DNA of 63,472 bases, the filler included, from Welwitschia mirabilis (taxonomy: Eukaryota): the NCBI GenBank assembly GCA_051453625.1. It is 6 parts of one record of this genome, joined end to end, with 100 filler letters (N's around TTAATTAATTAA, not from the genome) between each part and the next. Parts side by side here need not be neighbours in the genome. Positions count along the whole stretch, not along the records: positions 9,068 to 39,818 come from JBOZIK010000001.1; 5 more parts are not named here. The stretch is one strand, 5' to 3'. The position numbers were made by a program, and so were the translations under genes. Positions 25,729 to 37,700 of this stretch are shown piece after piece (the stretch's first letter is position 1; every line of letters starts with the position of its first letter). A model generated the notes under the pieces. The model searched no databases and was not told the DNA's origin. It saw only the letters and a program-made list of their open reading frames with translations.

Positions 25729-26862
25729 ATGGCATAAAGCTCATCCAGAAGAAGAATAAAGGAGGCACCCTCAAAGGATCTTGTAATATTCGACCAAAGA
25801 ATGTCAGAGGAGGATATTAACAAGTTTTCTAACAAGTTTGAGAAGAAGGCTAGGTGCTAGGAGAGGTCTGTAGCCACCTCAGAGCTTAGGGAACTCAGGG
25901 AAGTCATCCAATTCCTAAGAGATCAGGATCTTGACCATTTCTTAGATGTTTCTAATTCGGCTTATCCTTTTCTTACTAGAATTTTTTATTTTAATGCTTC
26001 TTTTGATTGTGATACTAGAACACTTAAAACCCTTATTTTGAGGAAGCGGATAAGAGTGATACAAAGTCTTATTTCAGAGCTGACTGATCTTCCAAGGGGG
26101 GGATATAAAGAGTTTTGGCCTCTTTGGGACACCATAGAAGACAAGCCTGTAGTTATCAGGGAGTTTTGTGGTAAGATGCACACTTGGAAACATACTTTTT
26201 CTACTTCCTTGTTGACTTCAAAATATCATTTTCTTCATTTTATCTTTACCTATAACTTTTTACCTTTGGCTGACCATTGTAATGAGGCCTTCTGTTATTA
26301 AGCTTATTTGATGTATTTGGTAGGAACTAAGCATTCTATTGATGCTTCTACCATAATACTAAAGAATATGGCCTCATAGTTGAAGTATCATAGAACTAGG
26401 GCTTTACCATACTCTGTGCTTATCATTAGCATTTGCCACTATTTTTGAGTTAACTTTCATCCTAAGTTGGAAACCCTTCAGCCTATGTCACTGATTAGGT
26501 GTGTGACCTTGTCCCGCATGCATATCTTTGACCCCTCCAAGAAATCTTTAAAATCTCCTTATTTTAAGGAATTCTTTCCTAATGAGACCCTATCATATCT
26601 GAGATGGATTAACTCCTATATCAGACATATGAAGAAAGCCCTCATTATAGTGAGATATGATATTATGGATACCTCAGCAAAGGCTACTAGTTTATCTCAC
26701 ATAGGAGGTGATAAAGAAGAATCAAAGGAAGACTCTAAAGAAGAAGAAGAAGAAGAAGAAGAGGAGATTGAAATCTTTTATTTCAGATTATGTTTTGTGT
26801 TCTCTCATATGTCATTGATGTTAAAAGGGGGAGAATTAGTTGTGTTGTTAAAATTTTTATGA
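25729..26862 (+). pseudogene. Sirevirus 'env-like' accessory ORF (putative plant transposon protein type)
   Basis: Single frame from ATG 25729 through ORFs 26038 and 26467. AYPFLTRIFYFN, LTSKYHFLHFIFTYNFLP, IDASTIILKNM, LPYSVLIISIC, acidic poly-E tail. Several in-frame stops; true 3' end uncertain. Confidence 0.8.
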
Positions 26863-27361
26863 GTTTAGTTGTATGCTCTTGATGAGCACTTTCAGTTTTT
26901 AATCCTTTCATGTTAGACTTGTAATGTAACATTTTAATCATATTTAATGTAATGCAATTATCTATTTCAGCGTAAAAATCTTGTGTCATTTGATATGTCA
27001 TTTTGATAACCTAAACCTTATTGTGCCTTTCCAGATTATATATGTCAAATATGTTTTCCTATGATTTCATTTGAAAATCTTAAAATCTTTGTAAAATTTG
27101 AAAATGAATCACAATTTATGTCATCTGGTTTAATGTTAAATAAGTATTCATAATTACATTATGTTTATCATAAAGTTGTAACCTTTTAAACTCTAAAATG
27201 TGCATATTAAATTGGTTGCATTCAAATGTTCAAAATGCCTTAACTAGTTTCAAATTGAAATGTTATTTTACAAATAAGCATTTTGTAAGGGGTAGTTTTT
27301 TAATGAGTTCTAATTTTGTCACAACTAAGTATTATTTGCTTTTAATGTCAAAGAGAGAAAT
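26823..27361 (+). other. Multiple-PPT region typical of Sireviruses
   Basis: aaaagggggag (26823), aaggggtag (~27287) and terminal aaagagagaaat abutting LTR2. Confidence 0.7.
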
Positions 27362-28710
27362 TATTGAATTATGTTTTACCAATTGATGTCAAACTAATAT
27401 TTTCTGTGTAGAAAATTTTATGCATTTTGTGTAGAAGATATGACATTACTTGTAGGTTGAAAGATGGAACTAAATTGGTTAATTTCTTAGCACTAGAAAC
27501 CTATAGTTTTATTTACCCTCAAGCTGGGGTCGACTAGATTTTACTAGGTCGACCAGACCTATAACCTCATGAAATCAGTATCCCTAAACCAAATGGTAAG
27601 GGGTCAACTGGACCTGTAATGGAGTCGACCAAATTTGAGGACCTGACAGATAGTATCCCTGGACTGAATGATAAGGGGTCGACCGAACCTATGATGGGGT
27701 CGATCAAACCTATGCACTATGTAGCTGGTACGCTTAGACCAATGGTCATGGGGTCAATCAGACCTAGGATGAGTTTGATTAGATTCAATGCAAGAAACAG
27801 AAAATATTTTCTACCAAAAGAGTGAGCGACTAGATGAATAGCAGGTGACCAGACTAGGGTCGACCGGATGGAGCAGAAAAAAAATATTTCTAAATGTTAT
27901 GTATTTGTTATGTAGCCATTAGATAGCCATTTTCTAGCCGTTTATAGTTATTAAAGATGCATTTCAAATGTAAAAAACCTTAAAAACCTTTTAATATAAA
28001 TAGCTAAAACATAGATAACTAAAGAATCTTTTTTGAGGAACTATTTTCAATTAGAAGAATCTATTGGATCTGGAAGATCAAGCATTATACTTGGGTGCTT
28101 TTCATTTTTGTATATTGGCATTCATATTGGGTGATTTTTACTTTTATATCTTGGCAACCATATTTCTGACCAAAGGAGATCTATTATTGGCATCCTCTCT
28201 ATATTCAAGATTGGATCAAAAGCATTATTTATTATATTTTTACATGAAGAGAGCTCCATTAAGTTTAATGATTCCAAAACGAGTGATATCCATGCTTTAG
28301 AGGCATCATTATATCACTACCCTATTTTGTAAAAGGTTGAGACTAAGCCTTAAAAAATTTGTTCTAAAGATTGAGACTAAGCCTAGAAAAGTCCATTTAT
28401 AAAGGTTACAGGTAAACTTGAAATACTTGGTAAAGTAATAAAGATCCAAGATCTAGCTTGCGGATAAGCTAATCATCGAGAGTGGAGTAGGGGATTTCCT
28501 GAACCACTATAAATCCAGCTTGCATTAAATTGGTATTTCTGTGCTTTCAATTTTTGTTCTCTTTACTTCCATTATTTTCTCATATTATGTACATTCTAGA
28601 TTAGTTCATTTTTGTATACAAGTTTTAGTTTTAGATTAGATTCATTTAGAATATCATGTGGAATTTTTAAAGAACCTATTCACCCCTCCTCTATGGTTCT
28701 TGATCCTATC
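27362..28710 (+). repeat. Sirevirus LTR2 (shared central LTR)
   Basis: Colinear with LTR1; preceded by a PPT and followed by PBS tggtatcagagt (28712-28723). Confidence 0.9.
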
Positions 28711-28775
28711 TTGGTATCAGAGTAGGTTAAGTCTTTTCTTAAATCTTAACCGATCTAGACTTTAGAATCACATAA

Positions 28776-30955
28776 TGTTTACTTAGTTTGATGATTTTTC
28801 AAATATGCTCTTTTTTGATACTTGTGATTTTATCTATATATGTTGGATAACATATGGATATATTTGCAAATATATTACAACCAGTGGAAAAACCTAGGAT
28901 CTAAGTGAAAACACGACAAAACAAGGAGATTATTCTTTATGACACTTATGCCTTCATTGTAAGATATGCCAAATACATTGGATCATAATGACCATGATGT
29001 GGAAAATGAAGAACAAGAAGAGTTTGAAGACACCTATCAAGAGCTGTACTAAGAGTGTAAAAACTAACTAGAAGGATAAATGATCTGAATAAGATTATAA
29101 AATCTCTCACCAAGGAAAAGGAGGAAATGGAATTAAGTCTAAAAAAAATCAAATCCAAAAACTCCGATCTCACTCTATAGGTAAAATAATTATCTTATTT
29201 TTTAATAAATTTTCAGGTGGATCTACCAAATTGGAACAAATGCTTAGAGTTCAGAAACCTATTGGTAGCAAGTCAGGTATTAGCTTCATCTCTTAAAAAC
29301 CTCAAGGACAGTAAAGTTAGGTAACCAGTGATGGTAAGTTCCTTTAAAAAAATATTTATCATTTCTGTGAAAGAATTGGTCATTCAAAACTCATATGTAA
29401 TGCTAGAAAATTAATGTTTTCAAACTCAGTTATTACCTTTCCATTTAAGTTTATTCCTAAAGGAGATGTACCATGTAAGTCTAGAAAGACTATATGGGTA
29501 AAAGCTAATAATCTTAAAAGTTTATTAATTTAGATAGCTTTCAAAGTATTAAATAGCATAAGCTAGTATCTTGATAGTAGATGTTCAAGCCATATGATAG
29601 GAGACAAATCTAGATTCAAGCAACTAAGTCACTTTGATAGAGAAGAAGTAACTTTCGAGGACAATGGAAGAGTAAAAATAGAAGGGATTGGAAGCATTGG
29701 TGGAGGTAACCTTCCTAAAATTAATGAAGCCTTATATGTAAGTGGTTTAAGCATAATTTATCAAGCATTAGTAAAATTTGTGACAAAGGTCACAAGGTAG
29801 TTTTTGATAAATCAAAATGTGAAATTTTACATAAAAAATCAAATGATGTAATTCTTAGAGCTAGTAGAATAGATAATGTTTATAGCATAGATCAATCGTT
29901 TTCTCCGCGTTATATTTTGAATGTTCCTCAAGAAGAGCTATGGCGTTAATATTTAGATCATGTTAATTATGATTAATTAAAAATAACTATTCATAAAAAC
30001 ATTGTAAAAGGAATTCCTAAGATAAAATAGAAAAACAAGACTTGTGTAATGCATGTCAAAAGGGTAAACAAATTAAGATCTCTCATAAAAGTAAAATGCA
30101 AGCTTCCACATCTATGCCATTGGAGCTTATTCATATGGATTTAGTAGGCCTTGCTAAAACTAGAAGTCTAGGCAGAAAATATTATTTTCTTACCATGGTT
30201 GATGATTTCTCTAAGTATACTTAGGTAGCCTTTTTTGTTAAATAAGTCTAAAGCTTATAAACATGGGGTTAAATTTGTAACAAGATTCAAAACAAAAAAG
30301 GGTATACCATAAATAAAATAAGAAGTGATCATGGTGGTGAATTTGAAAATCATTTCTTTAAGAAATATTGCATTGAAAATGGAATTGATTATCAGTTTTC
30401 AGCTCTAAAAATACCAAAAAAATGGTATAGCTGAAAGAAAGAATAGAGTTCTTTAAGAAATGGCTTGAACTATACTAAATGATAAGAAAGTTCCTAAATC
30501 CTTTTGGGCTGAGGTAGTTAGCATAATATGCTATATTATTAACAGAGTATATCTTAAACTTGGTACTGATAAAACACCTTATGANNNNNNNNNNTATCAT
30601 ACTTTAAAGTCTTTGAAAGTAAATGCTATGTGCTAAAAGATAGAAAACACTTTAGTAAATTTGAGTCAAAGACAGGTGAAGATATCTTCTTAGGCTACTC
30701 AACTAGAAGTAGAGCCTATTGTGTTATTAACAAAAGAAGCTTAATAATAGAAGAGTCAATAAACATGCAAATTGATGAGATTGACATAAGAACAAATCGC
30801 AAAAATGTGAAGAAGACCATAACCACAAATATTCCCACAACCAATAAAGGTTCTACTAAAATAAATGAAGTTCAAGTAAAAAAAGGCATGCCAAAAAAAC
30901 CCAAACTTCTTAAAGATCATTCTTTAGAATCCATTGTTAGAGAATTTAACTCAAA
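28776..30955 (+). pseudogene. Sirevirus internal domain B: internally deleted gag, protease, gag-pre-integrase, integrase
   Basis: YLDSRCSSHMIGDK, CNACQKGKQ, PLELIHMDLVG, IRSDHGGEF, AERKNRVL, IFLGYSTRSRAY. Runs into a 100-N gap. Confidence 0.9.
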
Positions 30956-31055
30956 NNNNNNNNNNNNNNNNNNNNNNNNNNNNNNNNNNNNNNNNNNNNN
31001 NNNNNNNNNNNNNNNNNNNNNNNNNNNNNNNNNNNNNNNNNNNNNNNNNNNNNNN

Positions 31056-31768
31056 TTTTTAATCTTTTAAAACTACTCTCATTTTGGTCAAATCTATTTG
31101 ATCTGAAGGATTAATATTGCATTGATGTGATTATCACTGTTGTATCTTTGCATCCACATTTCTAACTGAAGGAGATCTACTATTGGCATACTCTCTACAT
31201 TTAAGATCAGATCTAGAGCTTTATTGGTTATACTTCTACAGGAGAAGAGCTCCATCAAATGTACTGATTTCAGAATGGGTGACATCTATGCTTTTGAGGC
31301 ATTACTGCATTACTACCTTGCGTGATAAAGTTTGAGACTAAGCCTTAAAAAGTCCATGCTAAAGGTTGAGACTAAGCCTTGAAAAGTCTATGCTAAAGGA
31401 TGAGACTAAGCCTAAAAAAATCTGTTTGTAAATGTTATAGATAAACTCGAAATACTTAGTGGAGTAACAAAGATCTGAGATCTAGCTTTGGATAAGCTGA
31501 TCATCAAGAGTAAAGTAAGGGGTTTTTTGAACCACTATAAATTCGACTTGCATCAAAATGGTATTTTATGCTTTCAGTTTTCGATTTTTTACTTTTATGC
31601 TTTCAGTTTTCAATTCTTTACTTTTAGTATTTTATCATATTATGCACTTCCTATAATAGTTAATTTATGTATGCAAGTTGTGTTTTAGATTATTTTATTT
31701 TAAATTATTTATTGAATTTTTGAAAGAACCTATTCACCCCTCCTCTTCTAGGGTTCTCGATCCTATCA
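31056..31768 (+). repeat. Sirevirus LTR3 (3' half; 5' half lost in the gap)
   Basis: Aligns to 22525-23188 and ends CCTATCA. Confidence 0.9.
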
Positions 31769-32707
31769 AGTTAAAGTTCCTATCATAATTGATATATTAG
31801 ATGGAGCAACTTATTTTTATTTTTGTAATGAATTTCACATAGATGAAAAAGAAGTGATGAAATTTACTTCTATGATTTTATTTTTATAATTTTATTTTAT
31901 AAAACTTGACTGTGAAATAATAAAAGTAAAAAAATCCTCTTCTTCAATTCTTGGAATTTGTATAACTAGAATGTATGTACCTAGATTTTCTTGCAGTGAA
32001 ATAATCCTTCTTTGATATTTTCTTTAATCAAGATCCACTCTCTTTGATATTTCTTGTTTTTAATAGAATTCACCATGTCCCTATATACTTCAGACAAAGA
32101 ACAAAAACCAGAATAAAAAATAGCTGATAGTTGTCCACCTACTCATAGAGATGATAGGAGAAATGACAATCAGAATAATAGAAAATTGAAATCAAAGAAA
32201 AACTGTCGTAACTAGAAAAATAGATTTTCATTCAGTTTGTAATGGGAACAACATAGAAGATGATAGTATTTTATTAGTACTATTAAAAGATAGAAAGTCT
32301 TAAAAAAAAAAAGAAAAATAAATTTAAAATTTTAAACTGTCATTTTCAATCTCATGGAGACCACTGAAAAGACAACAGTGATTTTTTTAAGCTATGGAAA
32401 ACAAAAATTGCCAACATAAACCTATTAAAATAAGAAAAAATACAATACTATTTCAAATAAATAACTTAAAACAAAATTTAAGGCACTTATCTAAATAGTG
32501 ATAATCCTCTAGCTCCTTGCGGTCTTCCCTAGAAATGATGCTAAAATGTTAGAGGTGTGAATTTATGAAATCTTAAAGTCTTTAGGCAAATCTATAAATC
32601 ATAATACTTACAGGAAGACATACACTAGTAAAACAAGAGTTAACCTAAATGTCATAATCCATTGAAGGCATTAGGCTAGGAGTTAGAAAATTAATTTCAT
32701 AAAGTAT
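31769..32707 (-). mobile_element. 5' part of host element H: LTR end (32547-32707), PBS (32526-32543) and leader
   Basis: rc reads ...cacacctctAACA ttt TAGCATCATTTCTAGGGA, a decayed TGGCGCCGTTGCCGGGGA (tRNA-Asp type). The LTR segment matches 2455-2615. Confidence 0.8.
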
Positions 32708-33716
32708 TGTTGCACTACCAACTTACACATATTTGATAGGGTATTTTGAGTAATTTTGCAGGTGAATAGATAAGTAAATGCTTGATTTCCATGATAATAA
32801 AGAGATGAGATGAAAAGAATGAAAACACATAATATTGATGATAATTTAGAACATTCTAAATAAATTTGAATAATTTACATTTTTAAAGATAACTTCTTGT
32901 AAAACATTAATGCTAAGGTAATAATTAAAGAATTATCAAAGACCATTATCCATCTAATCATCTAGATAATTATATGGATGATCATGCCAATTGATGCTGA
33001 CTATATGACTAATCGAATGATACTATTGTAACATCTGTATTGAACATTTACATAACTTTTACGACTTGTATTTTCCATTTTTCCCTTGTGTGGCGTTCTA
33101 TCTTTATTATTGCATATTTAGTCAATGAATAAAGATCTTACTCTTGACTCTTACTTGTCTTCGTTTGCATCTAAAATTCTTGTGACAGGAGATTAAAGGG
33201 CTAGAGATCCATCCTCTAGTTCTAGAGAGATGTTTCCTTAGTATTGGGTGGCAGTTCCTCCATTGAGATATGACTACTTTATAATATGGATGTGGTTCTA
33301 TTATTAATACAAAAAATTTTCTTTTATGCTTTTAATGTGTGATTGTTTCTCACCCTTATAGCTTATGTTTCTTTTGATCTGATAATAGTTTCTCTAGTGA
33401 TATAGGTTATTAGGGCAACCTTTGTTAAAGTTGTGCTTACTTAGTTTAGGTTAGATGCATTGTTGTTTTCTTTTTTTAGATTAGCTTTGCATAAGTTTTT
33501 TTTATTTTACTTTCATGTATTACAAGTTATTTGTGTAGATTGGGATGCAAGTATTTCTTTAAAAAGCAACTCTCTTATTTTTTACTTTGGCCTTTTATAG
33601 ATTCCAACATTTGGATCACTCCCATCTATATTAGTGTTTTGTATTTGTGCATTATTATTTGTGATTAAAAGGATTCTACTCAGAAAAAAAATATTGCATA
33701 AATACACATTACAACA
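32708..33716 (+). repeat. 5' LTR of Athila-like element A2, inserted into the LTR of H
   Basis: TGTTGCA...TACAACA; homologous to the other A-family LTRs. Confidence 0.9.
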
Positions 33717-33719
33717 TCT

Positions 33720-33737
33720 TAGCACCATTATCGGGGA
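33720..33737 (+). other. Primer binding site (tRNA-Asp type)
   Basis: TAGCACCATTATCGGGGA differs from TGGCGCCGTTGCCGGGGA only by G>A and C>T transitions. Confidence 0.8.
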
Positions 33738-34369
33738 AGACTACTTGGAGTTCAAGAGTTGTTATTACTTCAGTGAGTATTTTAGTTTAGATTCTTGATA
33801 TAGTAGTGATGTACCATTATCTATAATAGCATAGGTTTTCCCTTTTCGTAGAGTCAATTGTTTATTTTTCAAATAAAAATCTATTTTCTATTCTAAAATA
33901 AAAAGGCATTCATCTGCTTCATCATCTAAACAATGTGGAGTGACAACAGGTACTATGTCATGAGTTTTCTATTTTAGGTTTATGTTAAATTTTTTTAGGG
34001 TTTTTACCATTGTTCCTCCCATTGTTCAGATGAATCAAGGGGATGACAGTCTAGTTTTAGAGTTTTCTGTCTGTATTAGTCTTTCATTTTTGTTTTCTAC
34101 TTTTTCCTTTTTTTATGGTTTTTATATTTTCTGACGTCCAGGATACTGTCTGAATGACTACAAGGATGATATTGTATGCATCTGAGACTAAGAATGTATG
34201 GTAAAATCTAGTAAGAAAAAAAATACCAAAGAAAATGGATATTTATTGCTAAAAATATCAGATAAAATTTAATAGATCTAGAAATTGAAATAGGTAAAAA
34301 TAGTAAAGGTATGTAAGATTTTAAATTTCCTGCAATTTTTACTTTCATTTCTATAGAATCTAATTTTGT

Positions 34370-34729
34370 CACCATGTCTGCCTCATCCCCAAAAATAAAA
34401 ACAACATATCTCACCAAATTCAACCCCTATCATTAGAGCTCTATAACCACTATTGCTTGTACCAATGCCATGATTATTCTTAGAGATTTTATAGCAAATA
34501 AAAAATATGAAATTCAAACTCCTTTTGACTTACCTCTCGGTGATGATGTTGAAATTCGTAACTTAAATGCATATCCTACCTTTAGTGGTAAACCTGATGA
34601 AGATCCCTTACAACATATCGCTGACATAGAATAGTTAGTCCTCACTTCTAGAAACGGTAGAAAACGTATAAGTGACAGAACCTATATAGTCATCTTCCCA
34701 TGACTTTAAAAGATAAAGCAAAACTAGGG
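34370..34729 (+). pseudogene. gag N-terminal remnant of A2, truncated by the A3 insertion
   Basis: FDLPLGDDVEIRNLNAYPTFSGKPDEDPLQHIADIE...KDKAKL; homologous to H gag at 21440-21720 (rc). Confidence 0.8.
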
Positions 34730-37700
34730 TATTATGGTGTGTATTTATGCAACATTTACATTCTGATTAGAATACTGTTAATCATAAATAATATGCACAA
34801 ACACAACATACTAATATAGATGACAGTGACTCGAATGTCATAATCCATTGAAGGCCAAAATATGAAAATAAAAGAGTTACTTTCAAAATGAGAAATATTG
34901 TAATCTAACCTATAGAAATAACTTGCAATGCATGAAAATGAAATAAAACATACTTGTGCAAGGCTAACCTAGAAAAGAAAACAACAATACACCTAAACTA
35001 AGGAAGCACACCCTTGACAAAAGTTACCCTCATAATCTATATTACAAGAGAAGCTATCATCAAATCTCAAATAACATAAATTATGAGGGAGAAGATCATT
35101 TATATATTAAACAGAAAAAGAAATATTTATATTAAAAATCACACCACATCCATATTATAAAGTAGATGCACCTTAATAGAGGAAACGCCATTCAACACCA
35201 AGGAAACATCTCTCTGAAACTACAGGATGGTACTCTGATCCCTCAATCTCCTGTCATGAGTGTATTGAGTACAAACGAAGATGAGAAGAAGTCGAGGGGG
35301 AGACCTCTATTTATTGACTCAAAACATGAAATGAAATGGATAGAAAGGCATGAGAAATCCCTAACCGTTATGCAAAAATAAATCAGAATAAGTAACAAAA
35401 CTTAGGTAAACATTTAGTATAGGCGTTATAAACAGTGTCATCAGGCGGATCGTCTGGACAATAAAGGAGACGATGCCAACTCATAGTTAAATTCTCATCT
35501 GCTGTTAGTTAGACTACTAGTGAGACCTTAGTCATTATCCAGTTGGTGCGGTCGTCTGTTCTGTCCTCCAGATGATGAGATAAACAAGGGCTTCAATAGA
35601 TCTTCAATCAGTGCATTAACCTTGTTGTTTACAGGAAGTTATCATTCAAAATACAGATTATTCATATTTGCTTAGAATTCTTGTAATTTATTAAGGAAAT
35701 TGCATATTTCTATGCTTTTCATCCCAACTTTCCATTATCATGAAAACCAAGCCTTTACTTGTTAATTTACCTACAAAACTACTCAGAATATCCTATTAAA
35801 TATACATAAGTTAGCGGTGCAACATAGTCCTCCACTTAACCTTGTCAGTTCCTGATAAAACTAGGTAGTAAACCATATTTGCGAGCCAACTTGTTAGAAA
35901 ATAAAAACAACTAGGATACTTGAAGAAATTATCTCAAAAAGATTTGAATAATATTTCAAAGATTAACTGAATTTTTAAAAAATTAGAAACACTGAACAGA
36001 AACACCTATGAAGCTTTAGATATTGGTTGTCTGGTGGTGTCGTCTAGACGATGAATGAAACTATAGACTCTGTAAAGGGTTTTTAAAACTAGAACTTACG
36101 ATAAAAATTGATTTTCTCAAATAATTAATTAATCATGATGAGTAGACCCCGACTATGATAAATAGTCAAATATAAAGATTTTCCCTAAGTAAAATGCAAT
36201 TCTCATAATGAAAATCAAAAAATAATCATGTAAGATTCAGACAAAAATAGTACATCATGCTGAAAAGAAATGATATGTCTATATAATAATAAAAGATTTT
36301 AATACAAAAAAGTGTAGAAGGGGATATACAAAATATAATGCAAAATCACTGCCCTCGTCTACACATGATGAACTCAAGTTTAGTAACTAGCTCAGGATGA
36401 GGGAAAGAAGAAGGAAAATGCTCAAGATCTGCAGGGAGACAGACATCAATAAATGCTATAATAGACCTGACTGTTTCATCACCTTGGACACGTACTGACT
36501 CTGGAATGTCTACAGTCACACTCTGCTAAATGGAGACAATGCACTGATGCATGTCCATCATCTGATCCTCTATGTGTTGTACTCTTCTCTCGATAGATAG
36601 GATCCACTGATCAATTCTCTGCTTGAAGGTCTAAAAGCTCTGACCAAAAAAACCTCTGATGGTCTTAGTAGTCTCAGCTAGAAGGTCCTTGATCTTTTTT
36701 AATGAAGCTCCAATTGTAGGTCTCTGTACCTAAGGTCTCTCTTCCTCTCCTGGTACCTATATATCCAAATCCCATAAATAGCAAGCAGAAGTTTGAATAT
36801 GTGAAATACATCACTCACTTATGGGCTCTGTTATCTCAAATAGTCTAAACAAATCTAAGAGGAGACATGAATAACCAAGTGTCTATAGATGTTGTGTCTC
36901 AATCATAGACCTGAGTCTCCTCTAGATTAAAGTGAATAAATCCATCTANNNNNNNNNNGACCATAGTGTGACTATCATGGTATGATGGACTGATGTTATG
37001 AATTAGTCCTCTGTGCAAAACTCTATATGCAAGGGTTAGCTGAGTAACATTTACCCCCTATTGATCAGTGGTCGAATTAGCTGCAATGTCTAAAATGGCG
37101 TCATGAGCTCAATGCTCCTATATCCCACTAGCTGGATAAATATGCAAGCTTCCAAGTCCTCCAAGATCTATGATGACTGTAATGTGAGATGGGAGGATAG
37201 CTATCTCGTGGTCTTGAATGTATGCAACAATCATGTCTTGTAGCTGACCACGAGTGTCTGGTCGACTCTCTATATGCATGGTGTCATAGAACTCTCTTGT
37301 CTCAGAAGCATAATATGCATCACGTGAATCTATGATCCATCTAAGCCATAACTCTATCAATCTCTGATCAACCTTAGGCTCTATGCAGCCCATGAAATCT
37401 CCAAAGTGTCTCTCGACATGAATGCTAGCTGTCTGGGTGTGTGGGCTCTGCATGCTGTATCTCAGGCTTGACCAAAGGGCCTGCCTCTTACTCTATAAGA
37501 TCAGCTAAAGACTCTCCCTATCTAACTCTATGCATACATAACCTACTTAATCACAAACATAAACTCGGCATGTGAAAACAGATAAACAAGTTGAAAACAT
37601 CGCATGGATGTGCAATAACGACCTATAAAATTGATGAAAAATTATTAAAAATACTAAAAACATGTCTTGTCCCTTTTTAAAAAATGCAATGCATCCCAAA

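Larger units (their letters stand above)
21723..31768 (+). mobile_element. Sirevirus (SIRE/Maximus, Ty1/copia) three-LTR tandem insertion in the gag region of H
   Basis: LTR-internal-LTR-internal-LTR. Flanks are agttg (21718-21722) and agtta (31769-31773). tRNA-iMet PBS after LTR1 and LTR2; C-rich cacccc...cctatca LTR ends; multiple PPTs. Confidence 0.85.
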
